Shown here in pieces: positions 1 to 9,773 of a stretch of 64,000 bases of DNA. The DNA comes from a virus (lineage: Duplodnaviria > Caudoviricetes): the IMG/VR virus record IMGVR_UViG_3300021295_000001. The stretch is one strand, 5' to 3'. Under the pieces are notes generated by a model. It searched no databases and was not told the origin of the DNA. It worked only from the letters and a program-made list of their open reading frames with translations. Positions within the stretch are counted from its first letter, which is position 1; the number at the start of each line of letters is the position of its first letter. Made by a program: the position numbers and the translations under genes.

Positions 1-2
1 CC

Positions 3-119
3 GTCAAATCAGCCTGCAAGACCGCTGGCATCGACGTCGAGCCGTTCGTCGACCAACTCTGCGCCTACATAGACCAGTGCATCGCGTTCGTCAACTCGAT
101 GAACGGCAAGGGGGAATGA
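3..119 (+). CDS. 3' end of an upstream gene (partial, unknown function)
   Basis: Open frame VKSACKTAGIDVEPFVDQLCAYIDQCIAFVNSMNGKGE* with phage-typical codon usage, ending at TGA just before the next gene. Confidence 0.5.
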   Translation, partial: VKSACKTAGIDVEPFVDQLCAYIDQCIAFVNSMNGKGE

Positions 120-121
120 CG

Positions 122-316
122 ATGGCGAAGAGAAGGAAGACTTACGTCGAGGTCCTGACGTCGTTCATATCGAACATGAGGGCCGAGAAGGCCGAGGCCG
201 AGCCAGACGTCGTCGATGGCAACGAAATCGAATTGGTTTCGTCCAGCGTTTCCGAGAACGCGATAGAACTCGGTGACAGCACGCACGTAGAGGACCACGC
301 GTTGGTCCTTGGATAA
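122..316 (+). CDS. hypothetical protein
   Basis: ATG after GGGGGA SD; MAKRRKTYVEVL... Confidence 0.55.
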   Translation: MAKRRKTYVEVLTSFISNMRAEKAEAEPDVVDGNEIELVSSSVSENAIELGDSTHVEDHALVLG

Positions 317-348
317 TCAAAAAGCATTCGAAACGGAGGTAATTGGGA

Positions 349-792
349 ATGGCTTACGTAAACAAGGTAAAGAAGGGTTCCGAGGAATGGGACATCCAGG
401 ACGCCCGCATCCCCGAGGCTGAGCAGGCCGACGAGGGCAAGGTTCCTACTGTCAGTGCATCTGGTGAGTACGTTTTGGCCACCCCGTCTGGCGGAACTAA
501 GTTATACAAGCATGCTTTAGCAAAAAGCGACTTTACAGTTGGGGCTGACATAATCACCAATTCTAGTGGTTCGTTATTCGATACGGAACAGACAATAATA
601 TCTGTTAACAACGTAAAAGGCGTTGCTCAATATGGTGGTAATTACTATATTGCATTGCAAAACTATTTTAACAGAGCAGGAGACACCATTGTCGGATTTT
701 CTATAACATCCCTATTGGTGTCAAATTTAGAAACAGTTGAAACACTTTCTTTTGACAGTTCGAACGCAACTGAGACAATAACTGCCCTATAA
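349..792 (+). CDS. hypothetical protein, GC-rich N-terminal coding part and AT-rich C-terminal part
   Basis: GGAGG SD; composition switches near the GGTKLYKH motif; followed by a terminator. Confidence 0.7.
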   Translation: MAYVNKVKKGSEEWDIQDARIPEAEQADEGKVPTVSASGEYVLATPSGGTKLYKHALAKSDFTVGADIITNSSGSLFDTEQTIISVNNVKGVAQYGGNYYIALQNYFNRAGDTIVGFSITSLLVSNLETVETLSFDSSNATETITAL

Positions 793-808
793 TAATTAAA
801 TCAATTGG

Positions 809-836
809 AAAAAGCATGCAAAACGCATGCTTTTTT
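809..836 (+). terminator. intrinsic terminator (possibly bidirectional)
   Basis: AAAAAGCATGC-AAAAC-GCATGCTTTTTT. Confidence 0.8.
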
Positions 837-925
837 ATTTTGTTCATGTATAACCGTTAACCGTCGTAATTCCTCATTGAAATACCAATCAATTCATGAT
901 ACAATATCATCCGCGAGGAAAAATC

Positions 926-1123
926 ATGGATAACTCTAAACCGACAAAAATCACCTATGGATACGACCGCCAACAGAGGTCGTGGTGCATCATCGTCGTC
1001 GACGCAGAGGGCAACGAAATCGAGTCATCCTACGTCGGGGACAGAATCGGTTGCGACCACGAGATAGAATATTTCAAAGGCAAATACGGAATCGACGCCA
1101 CCAAGAAATACAAAGCGTATTGA
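926..1123 (+). CDS. small early hypothetical protein
   Basis: TTGAAA...TGATACAAT promoter and GAGG SD upstream. Confidence 0.7.
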   Translation: MDNSKPTKITYGYDRQQRSWCIIVVDAEGNEIESSYVGDRIGCDHEIEYFKGKYGIDATKKYKAY

Positions 1124-1148
1124 CATAGCGTCCCGTTTGCCGCATAAT
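1121..1148 (+). promoter_or_regulatory. sigma70/sigmaA-type promoter
   Basis: TTGACA...CATAAT upstream of the AAGGAG SD of the 1172 ORF. Confidence 0.6.
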
Positions 1149-1171
1149 GTAATCGCATAAGGAGAATCGCC

Positions 1172-1399
1172 ATGGAAAAAGTCTACGAAATCAACTTCAT
1201 CATCAGAAGGAACAACCGCGACAACAAGTTCGTTACCTACCTAACTGCCAAAAACGCGAAAGACCCCCGCAAGCAATTCGACAACGTCGACCGACTTGGA
1301 ATCCGTTCGGATTGGGAAACCGCCCATCGCTTCCACGTCGAAGTCAAGAGAATCAACGAAGTCAACCCCGCCAAGATTGGCTTCACATACGCCAGATAA
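1172..1399 (+). CDS. small early hypothetical protein
   Basis: AAGGAG SD, ATG. Confidence 0.75.
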   Translation: MEKVYEINFIIRRNNRDNKFVTYLTAKNAKDPRKQFDNVDRLGIRSDWETAHRFHVEVKRINEVNPAKIGFTYAR

Positions 1400-1411
1400 G
1401 GAGAAACAAAC

Positions 1412-1642
1412 ATGGAAAAGTTCGTCATCAACTACTTCAACGAAAGGGAAGTCGGGTACTTCGGCACCGTCGAGGGCGCGATTGAATACGCGGAGGGGTT
1501 CGCCAGGAACCTCATCCTCACATACGACGGGGAAATCTCCATCCGCGACGGCAACGGCGATGAGGTCGCGTCCCAGAAATGGAACGTCGCGGAAGACGGC
1601 TCCTCCACGCCAGAGGATTGGCGCTGGACCTGCGCTTACTGA
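1412..1642 (+). CDS. small early hypothetical protein
   Basis: AAGGAG SD, tandem operon arrangement. Confidence 0.75.
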   Translation: MEKFVINYFNEREVGYFGTVEGAIEYAEGFARNLILTYDGEISIRDGNGDEVASQKWNVAEDGSSTPEDWRWTCAY

Positions 1643-1658
1643 TAGGGGGGGAACGGAA

Positions 1659-2024
1659 ATGGAACCGAACGAAATCATGGATAGGCTGAACGCCATCACC
1701 AAGGCGGAACTCGAACTCAACTGGAACCTGGGCGAGGTTTCGAGGGCTGTCATCAACGATTCTAACAAAAACGCCAAGCACGTCGTCTTGGCCCGCGAAC
1801 TCGAGGACGAACTCAACAAGGACATAAGGGACGGGTACGTCGCCAAGGTCGGGTTCCTCGGCACCCTGACCATCTACAGAAAGGAACGGGGACCCGTCGG
1901 AGAGCACCTGGTCGAGGTCAAGAGAATCGAATCCGAGAACTCAAAAAAACTCCCTTACGGATACGTCATGGGCAGGAAGTTGCCCAAGCGCGCCTACGAG
2001 CAGACCCTCGCTTCGATGAAATAG
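1659..2024 (+). CDS. hypothetical protein
   Basis: G-rich SD then ATG (MEPNEIMDRL...); the upstream extension in the ORF track overlaps other genes. Confidence 0.7.
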   Translation: MEPNEIMDRLNAITKAELELNWNLGEVSRAVINDSNKNAKHVVLARELEDELNKDIRDGYVAKVGFLGTLTIYRKERGPVGEHLVEVKRIESENSKKLPYGYVMGRKLPKRAYEQTLASMK

Positions 2025-2036
2025 GAGGACGAAAAC

Positions 2037-2402
2037 ATGATGCTGACATATCTATTCCGCGGAATCCAAGAAGCCGAGGCTAGTGCGAGCACGCACATCG
2101 GGAACGGATGGTACGAGCCACACTACGAGGAAGTGGAACTCGAGGAATACTTCGATTACTACGTCGAGCCGAAAACGGAGGACTACGTAGCCTATATCAT
2201 GTGGCGCGTCATCCGCATCGACCCTAGGGCCGACAAGGAATACATCCGCGGTTGCGCGTCCGCAATCGAGCGTTGCATCGAGTCCGAACTGATTCATACC
2301 GACGCAATCGACCGCGACCCGCGCTTCGCCGACATGGTGAAGGACATCTACGAGGAAGACGCCTACGAAGCGTTCCGCGAGGAATACGGTTGCATCGACT
2401 GA
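2037..2402 (+). CDS. acidic hypothetical protein
   Basis: GGAGG SD; D/E/Y-rich. Confidence 0.7.
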   Translation: MMLTYLFRGIQEAEASASTHIGNGWYEPHYEEVELEEYFDYYVEPKTEDYVAYIMWRVIRIDPRADKEYIRGCASAIERCIESELIHTDAIDRDPRFADMVKDIYEEDAYEAFREEYGCID

Positions 2403-2535
2403 CGGTCGCCACACGCGAAGGCTGGGTAAGGATAAGGCAAGTCCTCCGTCATAAGGCGAATGAAATTCGTTCGTTTTCCTATTGACGAAATACGACATAC
2501 GTGTTACAATATACGCGTCAAAAGGAGAAACGGAC

Positions 2536-2709
2536 ATGGAAACCTTACTTGAAAAACAACAACGAATCATCAAGGAAATCGAGGAGCATTTCGGTAAAAG
2601 CGCCTACGAAGTCGCGAGCGATAAAAAGTTATCGAAAGACCCGTTCTTCATCGAAAAGGATAAGGAGTTCGACAGACTTCAAAACCTTATCGACACCGAG
2701 TGCTTCTAA
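2536..2709 (+). CDS. small early hypothetical protein
   Basis: TTGACG...TGTTACAAT promoter at 2482 and AAGGAG SD. Confidence 0.7.
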   Translation: METLLEKQQRIIKEIEEHFGKSAYEVASDKKLSKDPFFIEKDKEFDRLQNLIDTECF

Positions 2710-2727
2710 AGGTAAGGAGAACCAACT

Positions 2728-2871
2728 ATGAAAGACTTCGACAAAATCGGAAACGACATCGACAAGGCCATCGAACAAGCCAAGGCCGAACTCAAGGCGA
2801 GGAACCTCACCAAGAAGGTCGCAGCGAGGGCGATGGAAATCTACTGCCAACTCAGAAAGCAAGGAAAATAA
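2728..2871 (+). CDS. 47-aa hypothetical protein (not in ORF track)
   Basis: AAGGAG SD; MKDFDKIGNDIDKAIEQAKAELKARNL...; followed by a terminator. Confidence 0.65.
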   Translation: MKDFDKIGNDIDKAIEQAKAELKARNLTKKVAARAMEIYCQLRKQGK

Positions 2872-2890
2872 CCGCGAGCGAACCATGAAC

Positions 2891-2916
2891 GCCACCCAAT
2901 CGGGTGGTTTTCTTTT
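2891..2916 (+). terminator. intrinsic terminator
   Basis: GCCACC-CAATC-GGGTGGTTTTCTTTT. Confidence 0.7.
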
Positions 2917-2924
2917 GCTAAATT
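2916..2924 (+). promoter_or_regulatory. putative late promoter motif TGCTAAATT (first of about 14 copies)
   Basis: Same motif at 7828, 12139, 13180, 15048, 17071, 24781, 26031, 32766, 34671, 34890 (CGCT variant), 42117, 51776 and 54124, at gene boundaries upstream of + strand units. Confidence 0.75.
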
Positions 2925-2953
2925 ACCGTAGATAGGCGTTTGGAGAAGATTTC

Positions 2954-5410
2954 TTGGACACTGAATTCAACAAGGACACTTTGAATGGGCTCAGCGACGA
3001 AGAGCGCGAGTTGGCTTTTTCCATACTCGGCGAGTTCGCCAAGGACGGTTCATCCAAGACGTACGACGAACTGCTTTACGAGGACTATTCGGAGATACCC
3101 GTCGGCATAGAGGAGTTTTTGCACGAAAGAAGGTTCCTCGGGAACGGCCTCACGGACCAAGACGGGAGGTTCACCATATTCCCATATTGGGTGGAGACTC
3201 TCAAGGACATCTTCCCGACGAACACCACGACCAAATACAACACGGTCGTTTTCACGGGCGCCATCGGCTTGGGCAAGTCGACGATAGCCGTCATAATACT
3301 GCTCTACATGCTTTACAGGCTCCTCTGCCTTAAGGACCCATACCTTTACTATGGGATGCAACCGATAGACAAGATAAGCATCTCGCTTATGAACATAACA
3401 ATAGAGAACGCGAAGGGCGTCGCCTTGGACAAGATGAACCAACTGATACTTTCCAGCGAATGGTTCATGTCGCACGGCAAGATGGTAGGCATAGAGAACC
3501 TGATGTACAAACCAGAGAAGCACATCGAGGTGATAACCGCGTCCAGCAACAACCAAGTCATCGGTCGTTGCTTGGATGGGAACACGGTTATATTGACGGA
3601 AGACGGGGAGCACACGCTCAACGAATTGGTCGGCAAAAACATCAAGGTGGTATCCATAGACGACGAAGGCAACCGCGTGCTGAGCGATGAGTGCACGGTT
3701 TTGCCGACGGTCATGACGTCCGAGCAATTCATATTGACATTGGAAGACGAAACGGTCATAGAATGCACGCCAGAACACAGATTCATGATGGCGGACGGCG
3801 CTTATGCGGAGGCCAAGGACCTGAAGCGGGGAGACGAATTGTTCGGCGACAAAGGCATTAGGGTCAAGTCGATACTCCGCTCGTGGTCTTCCGACCCGAA
3901 GGTCATGTACGACGTGGTGGACGCGTACCCACACAACAACTTCCTAGTAAAGACAAATTCTGGGGCCGTGTGCTCGCACAACTGCGTTTTCGCGAATTTC
4001 ACCGATGAGGTCAATTTCGGCCTCACCAACGACGTGGAGAAACTGAAGAAGAAGCAGAAAACGCTAATATCGCAGATAGACGCCCGTATGCGCTCCCGTT
4101 TCCAAAGGGACAAGAACGGGGAGACGTACCTCCCAACCATAAACGTCATCGCGTCCTCGAAGAACAGCGAGCAGTCCTTCCTTGAGGATTACATAGAGAC
4201 CAAGAGGAAGAACGAGTCGAAGACCACGCTCATAGTCGACGAACCGCAGTGGGTCGTCGACAGCCGTAAGGACAGCAAGGTCAAGTTCCAGGTGGCGATA
4301 GGCAACAAGTTCCTCGCCAACGAACTCCTGCCCGTGGGGTGCCCGAAGCAACTCATAGACGAATACAAGGCCAGGGGCTACAGGATAATAGACGTCCCGA
4401 TAGGGTACAGGGAGAAGTTCGACGACGACCTCGACGGCTCGCTGAACGACATCGCTGGCATAGCGACGCAATCCTCCGTCAAATACATAAGCGGTATACG
4501 CTGGAACGAGATAAAGACGGACGCGTACAAGAACCCGTTCACCAAGGAAATCATAGAGGTCGGCACCGCCAAGGACGACTTGGCTCAATACGGCGACTTC
4601 TTCGACATGTCGCGCGTCGAGCCCAACATGCTAGGCCTCCCTATGTACGTGCACCTCGACATGTCCAAAAGCAACGACAAGACGGGCATCGCTGGCGTGT
4701 ACATAATGGGCAAGAGGCCGTCGAAGCCTGGGGTGGACTCGTCTAGGGACATGTTCTACAGGGTCGCGTTCTCGGTATCCGTCAAGGCGCCGAAGGGATA
4801 CGAAATCTCGTTCGACAAGAACAGGGAGTTCATCCGTTGGCTCAGGGCCAAGGGATTCAACGTCAAGGGCGTGTCCAGCGACACCTACCAAGCGGCGCAG
4901 ATACAACAGCAACTCACCGCCGACGGGTTCGACGTGAAGACCATATCCATGGACCGATTGGATTCCGAGACGAAGACGCAACTCCAGTACGCTTACCTCA
5001 AATCCACCATATACGAGCGCAGGATGGACGTTTACTCAGACTGCGACTTCCTCACCGACGAGGTGTTGGGGCTGGAAAGGGAAGGCGACGGGCACATAGA
5101 GCACCCCGAGCAGGGCACGCAGGGCAGTAAGGACGCGATAGACGCCGTCACTGGCGCCCTGTGGAACGCGTCGAAGCACGCCGACGAATACGCGTATGAG
5201 TACGGCGAGAACATGAAGGCGATGCTGGACGTGAACGAGGACGTGAACAAATCCGACAAGAAGCAGATTACCGTCGCGTTCGAGGACGAACTGAAGAGGG
5301 CGTACGCGGATTCCGCGCCGTGGGGCCCGAAAAAGCAGGACGACAGGAATGCGGACGAGAGACTAAGGGCCCAGCAGGAGATGTACAGCCTGATGGGAAT
5401 CATAATATGA
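2954..5410 (+). CDS. terL: terminase large subunit (contains an intein)
   Basis: Walker A GAIGLGKS, Walker B FTDE, RNase H-like nuclease motifs HLDMS...D and SKDAIDA; precedes portal. Confidence 0.92.
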   Translation: MDTEFNKDTLNGLSDEERELAFSILGEFAKDGSSKTYDELLYEDYSEIPVGIEEFLHERRFLGNGLTDQDGRFTIFPYWVETLKDIFPTNTTTKYNTVVFTGAIGLGKSTIAVIILLYMLYRLLCLKDPYLYYGMQPIDKISISLMNITIENAKGVALDKMNQLILSSEWFMSHGKMVGIENLMYKPEKHIEVITASSNNQVIGRCLDGNTVILTEDGEHTLNELVGKNIKVVSIDDEGNRVLSDECTVLPTVMTSEQFILTLEDETVIECTPEHRFMMADGAYAEAKDLKRGDELFGDKGIRVKSILRSWSSDPKVMYDVVDAYPHNNFLVKTNSGAVCSHNCVFANFTDEVNFGLTNDVEKLKKKQKTLISQIDARMRSRFQRDKNGETYLPTINVIASSKNSEQSFLEDYIETKRKNESKTTLIVDEPQWVVDSRKDSKVKFQVAIGNKFLANELLPVGCPKQLIDEYKARGYRIIDVPIGYREKFDDDLDGSLNDIAGIATQSSVKYISGIRWNEIKTDAYKNPFTKEIIEVGTAKDDLAQYGDFFDMSRVEPNMLGLPMYVHLDMSKSNDKTGIAGVYIMGKRPSKPGVDSSRDMFYRVAFSVSVKAPKGYEISFDKNREFIRWLRAKGFNVKGVSSDTYQAAQIQQQLTADGFDVKTISMDRLDSETKTQLQYAYLKSTIYERRMDVYSDCDFLTDEVLGLEREGDGHIEHPEQGTQGSKDAIDAVTGALWNASKHADEYAYEYGENMKAMLDVNEDVNKSDKKQITVAFEDELKRAYADSAPWGPKKQDDRNADERLRAQQEMYSLMGIII
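3569..3982 (+). mobile_element. 138-aa mini-intein in TerL
   Basis: N-terminal CLDGNT, block B IECTPEHRF, block F MYDVVD, C-terminal SHN followed by +1 Cys; no endonuclease domain. Confidence 0.92.
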
Positions 5411-5453
5411 CCGAACGGTGCGAAATTATATTGATGGAGAAAGGAAAAAAAGC

Positions 5454-7292
5454 ATGGCGAATGAGAAGAAGAGCAACAAACTCGTAGGCAAGAAAGCCAG
5501 GCCAGTGCCGACCGAGAAGCCAGAGATAGGCGTCGATTTGGAAGGCCAGCACATGCTGAAACTGCTCGACGCTGCCGAGAACGGTAACCTCGACACCCCA
5601 GCGTTGGAGTCGTTCAATTCAACCGCGCAATCGCGCGAATACATATACAACTTCATAGACTCGATGGCGCTCGACGACAGGGTGTCCGCCGTTTTGGACG
5701 TGTACGCCTCCGACTGCGTCGAGACCAACGACGACGGTAAGGTCGTGTGGTGCGAGAGTTCGGACCCAGACCTGGCCAAGACGGTCAACTACATACTGGA
5801 CTCCGTGAACGTCGACAAACACGCGTACGAATGGATTTACTCCCTCATCAAATACGGGGACCTATACCTCAAGATGTACAGGCGCTCCGACGTCGAGGCG
5901 GACGACGCGGGCTCCGACGGAAGGCTCAACGAGGACGTGAACGCCATGGTCCATTCGGCTGGCGACCACTACGTCCATTACGTGGAGATGGTGCCGAACC
6001 CTGGCGAGATGTTCGACCTCACGAAGATGGGCAAAACCGTCCTGTTCGTGCAGGCCCCAACGTCCATACAGAACATGATAAAGGACGTGTCCCCCACGTA
6101 CAGGATGCTCACCTACAAGATAAAGAGGTCCGACGTGAACGTTTACGGCCCGACCGACTTCGTCCACGCCAGCCTCGCCGACGCGAACACGATGCGCAGT
6201 CCCGAGGAGGTCAGCATATTCCTGAACGAGGACGACTACAAGAACGATTCCAACTCTAAGGACTACACGGTCAAGAAGGGCCAATCGTTCCTATACAACC
6301 TGTTCAAGGTCTGGAGGCAGTTGTCACTCATCGAGGACAGCCTGATAGTCAACAGGGCCACGAGGTCCAGCCTCGTTAGGATAATGCAGGTCGAGGTCGG
6401 CAACATGCCCGCGGAGCAGGTCGCCCCGTACCTCCAAAGGCTCAAGGCGAACATCGAGCAGAAGACGGCCATGTCCCTGAACAACGGAATCCAAGAGTAC
6501 AACAACCCTGGCCCGATGGAGAACACCATATTCGTCCCGACCCACGGCGGTCAGGGCGTCATATCGTCCCAGGACATGGGCGGGGAATACGACCCGAAGC
6601 AACTGACGGACCTGGATTACTTCGTCAACAAGTTCTACGGGGACGTCGGAATCCCGAAGCAGTTCTTCTCGTTCACCGACGACGGCGCTGGGTTCAACGG
6701 CGGTTCGTCGCTGGCCATCATATCGTCGAGGTACGGCAAGAACGTCAAGAAATACCAGAACACGTTCTGCCAGTTGATGACGGACATGGTCAACCTGTTC
6801 CTCATAGACAAGGGGCAGGGAGGTAGCATCGGCAAGTTCACCATCAAGATGCAACCGCCCCTCACCCAAGAGGAGATAGACAGGCGCGAGAACATGCGCA
6901 ACAGGATGGGCGTCGTGAACGACGTGATGAGCCAAGTCGGGCAGGTCGTGGAAGACGACGTGGTCAAACTCAAGGTCATGAAGACGCTTCTGTCCCAGAC
7001 CCTCACGGACAACGAGGTCGTGTCCATCCTCGACGAATACATCGAGGCCAAGGAGGCCGAGGCGAACAAGGCGTCCGAGGGCGACGACGGGGAACCGAGC
7101 GAAGGCAAGGGTGAGGCGCCGAAGACCGAGATTAACATAGAGAGGGAGCGCCCGTCGATGGCGACCCCTCCGACCCCGCCATCCGCCCCAGCGGAGGAAC
7201 CGAGCGAACCGACGTTCGGGAACGAGCCAGAGGAGGACAGTTACCTCCCTTCGCCCGACGAACTCGGCGTCTCGATGCTCGGCGAGATATAA
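5454..7292 (+). CDS. portal protein (T4 gp20-like)
   Basis: Position after terL; QLSLIEDSLIVNRATRS / VEVGNMP / LTDLDYFVNKFY-GIPK motifs typical of gp20 portals. Confidence 0.9.
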   Translation: MANEKKSNKLVGKKARPVPTEKPEIGVDLEGQHMLKLLDAAENGNLDTPALESFNSTAQSREYIYNFIDSMALDDRVSAVLDVYASDCVETNDDGKVVWCESSDPDLAKTVNYILDSVNVDKHAYEWIYSLIKYGDLYLKMYRRSDVEADDAGSDGRLNEDVNAMVHSAGDHYVHYVEMVPNPGEMFDLTKMGKTVLFVQAPTSIQNMIKDVSPTYRMLTYKIKRSDVNVYGPTDFVHASLADANTMRSPEEVSIFLNEDDYKNDSNSKDYTVKKGQSFLYNLFKVWRQLSLIEDSLIVNRATRSSLVRIMQVEVGNMPAEQVAPYLQRLKANIEQKTAMSLNNGIQEYNNPGPMENTIFVPTHGGQGVISSQDMGGEYDPKQLTDLDYFVNKFYGDVGIPKQFFSFTDDGAGFNGGSSLAIISSRYGKNVKKYQNTFCQLMTDMVNLFLIDKGQGGSIGKFTIKMQPPLTQEEIDRRENMRNRMGVVNDVMSQVGQVVEDDVVKLKVMKTLLSQTLTDNEVVSILDEYIEAKEAEANKASEGDDGEPSEGKGEAPKTEINIERERPSMATPPTPPSAPAEEPSEPTFGNEPEEDSYLPSPDELGVSMLGEI

Positions 7293-7323
7293 GACTACTG
7301 ACACCATTGGGAGATTCCTATAA

Positions 7324-7803
7324 ATGCTTACAAACAACGATTTGATTCTACTGCTCACGGAATTGCAGGACGACGGCGACGCCGAGGCGTTGCCCCTCAT
7401 AAGGGAGGCCGTCGGGAAACAGACAGTTTCCCTCAAGGCCCTCAAACACGTGAACGAACGGCGCCAACTAGACGTCGTGTCGTTCTACGAGCACCTGCGC
7501 AAGAACCACAACGAGAAGCGCAGTCCGCTCTACAAGAACATCGTGTCGGAAACGGACGACGCCAACGAGATATTGACCACGCTCCACGCGTTCCTCCTGC
7601 AGGCGTTCCTCTTCGGGAGGAAGGTGTCCGAGGAGACGAGGATTCAGTTCTTCAAGCACGTGAGGGCCGAGGAGGTGTCCGACGTCCTGAAACGCTACTA
7701 CGACGGATTCGACGTCACGTCGGCCATGAGGATGCTCAGGCTGATACGCGCCGACCTCATGGCGTTCGAATACGTGAACGGAAGAAGGGAATTGGGCGAA
7801 TGA
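7324..7803 (+). CDS. hypothetical head-module protein
   Basis: 159-aa helical ORF between portal and protease. Confidence 0.7.
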   Translation: MLTNNDLILLLTELQDDGDAEALPLIREAVGKQTVSLKALKHVNERRQLDVVSFYEHLRKNHNEKRSPLYKNIVSETDDANEILTTLHAFLLQAFLFGRKVSEETRIQFFKHVRAEEVSDVLKRYYDGFDVTSAMRMLRLIRADLMAFEYVNGRRELGE

Positions 7804-7888
7804 AACCGCTTTTCCGCCACGCGCCAATGCTAAATTCGGTGAGACGCGCGCACGGCGTCGTTCTTTCGTGCAAAAAAGAGGTTAGGAA

Positions 7889-9421
7889 ATGACGAACGAG
7901 ACCATAATGGAGACTCTGAAGGTACAGCCCCTTTCCGAGGAGGAAAAGCAGGCCCGCCACATCCTGAAAAGGCTGACTGGGCCCATCGCGTCCTGCAAGG
8001 AAGGCACGAGGAACGGCAGGAAGTACAACCGCGAACTCTGGGAGAAGGCGCTCAACGACGACATCTTCAAGGAGAAGATTGACACGAAGAGCCTGTTCCT
8101 GGAACTCGGCCACCCCGACAGGGACGAGACCGACATGAACTGCGCCTGCGCGTGCATCCCCGAGATGCCCAAGATAATCGACGGCGACCTATACGCGGTG
8201 GTCGACGTACTGGACACCCCAGTCGGAAGGTTGCTAAACACCCTAATCGACTACGGGTTCCAGCCTGGCATCAGTTCCCGTGGCACGGGTGACGTCATAG
8301 AGGGTTACGACGGCGAGTCCGAAGTCGACCCCGAGACGTTCTTCCTGGAAACGTGGGACATAGTCCAGACACCCGCCCTCAAGAAGGCCAGGCTGGCCGT
8401 CACCGAGGGTCTGGAAAAGGAGAAGGCCGACCTCAACGTCGCGTTGAGGGAAAGCCTCAAATCGTCCTCGGAGGAGGACAAGAAGATGATGACGGAGGCG
8501 CTCAGGAACGTGGGCATCGACGTCGTCGAAGAAGAGAAGGTATCAGACGCCGTCGAGGCGGAGGATATAAAGGAAAGCGAATCCGAAGGGTCCGAAAAGG
8601 AAAGCAAGGAAGCCGTGGATGACGGGACCGACGCGTTGATTAAGGGACTCCAGGAGGCGCTCAAGGCCAAAGCGGAATTGGAGGCGACCGTCAAATCGCT
8701 TCGGGAGAGCCTTGCAGTCAGCGATGCTAAGGTGGGCAAACTCGAGGAGGAGAACGGAAGGTGCAAGGGCACAATCGTGCGACTCACCAAACTGTCCGAG
8801 GGTTCCAAGGAATCGGCCAAGAGGATAGCCTCACTAGAGGAGGAACTGAAACGCAAGACCGAGAGCATCAACATGCTCACGAAGGTGACCGCCGAAAGCA
8901 AGGCAAGGATGGACGACGAGAACCGTTCCCTGCGCGAATCCGCGAAACGCGGGTCCGACGAACTCGGGAGACTGAGGAGGGAACTCAAGGAATCCAAAGA
9001 GGCCAACGAGCAGAAGGTACGCTCACTGGAGGAATCGGCGCGCAAGGCTGGCGCCAGGTCCGCGAAGGAAATAGCCGAATTGAAATCACGCCTGGACAAA
9101 TCTTCCAAACTCGCTGAGGGTTACAGGAAGATGGCGAACGACACCATGTCGAGCCTAATCTCGACCAAAGCCGTCCAGTTGGGCGTGTCCGAGAACGACA
9201 TCAGGTCGCGCCTCGGCGAATCCTACACGTTGCAGGACGTGGAGGACGTGTGCGAGTCCCTAAGCGAGTACTCGCTCAACCTCAGCAGGTTGCCTTTCCG
9301 CCTGGACGGGAACGCCACCGTAAGAATCAAGGAATCCAAGATGCCGACCGCCAAGCCGACCCCGTCGTATTACGACGACGACATCGACGAGCACTCGTTG
9401 CGCATCGCGGGCCTCGATTGA
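7889..9421 (+). CDS. prohead protease (T4 gp21-like) fused to a coiled-coil scaffold
   Basis: NGRKY, ELGHP, GISSRGTG and WDIVQTPA motifs; long E/K-rich coiled coil. Confidence 0.9.
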   Translation: MTNETIMETLKVQPLSEEEKQARHILKRLTGPIASCKEGTRNGRKYNRELWEKALNDDIFKEKIDTKSLFLELGHPDRDETDMNCACACIPEMPKIIDGDLYAVVDVLDTPVGRLLNTLIDYGFQPGISSRGTGDVIEGYDGESEVDPETFFLETWDIVQTPALKKARLAVTEGLEKEKADLNVALRESLKSSSEEDKKMMTEALRNVGIDVVEEEKVSDAVEAEDIKESESEGSEKESKEAVDDGTDALIKGLQEALKAKAELEATVKSLRESLAVSDAKVGKLEEENGRCKGTIVRLTKLSEGSKESAKRIASLEEELKRKTESINMLTKVTAESKARMDDENRSLRESAKRGSDELGRLRRELKESKEANEQKVRSLEESARKAGARSAKEIAELKSRLDKSSKLAEGYRKMANDTMSSLISTKAVQLGVSENDIRSRLGESYTLQDVEDVCESLSEYSLNLSRLPFRLDGNATVRIKESKMPTAKPTPSYYDDDIDEHSLRIAGLD

Positions 9422-9470
9422 CCCTTCAGGAAAAACATTTCACATCACACATATCAACAGGAGAAAAAAC

Positions 9471-9773
9471 GTGAAACTAAACGCCAAACAACTCACGGAA
9501 GCCTACGCCAAGCGCCTAAGCCTCACCGAGGCGGCTTACGCCAAGGCCCACAACGGCGCCACCCTTCCCGAGAACCTAAAGAACGCCACCGCTCAGTTAA
9601 TCTCCAACGCGAACACCCTCTTCAGGGAGTCCTTCGCCAACTCGACTGGAACCCAGTTGGGTGACATGGGCACCTTCAAGAAGTTCACCTTGGACATCAC
9701 CCAGGTCGCGCTCCCCAACCTCATCGCCCCCGAACTCGTCATCGTCCGTCCGATGGCCTCCCGCACTGGATTT
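9471..9773 (+). CDS. major capsid protein, exon 1
   Basis: AGGAG SD; ...LPNLIAPELVIVRPMASRTGF matches the gp23-type VQPM..PTG segment. Confidence 0.88.

Noticed and set aside
349-792. Diversity-generating retroelement target
   Set aside because: No reverse transcriptase or template/variable repeat pair seen in the window.
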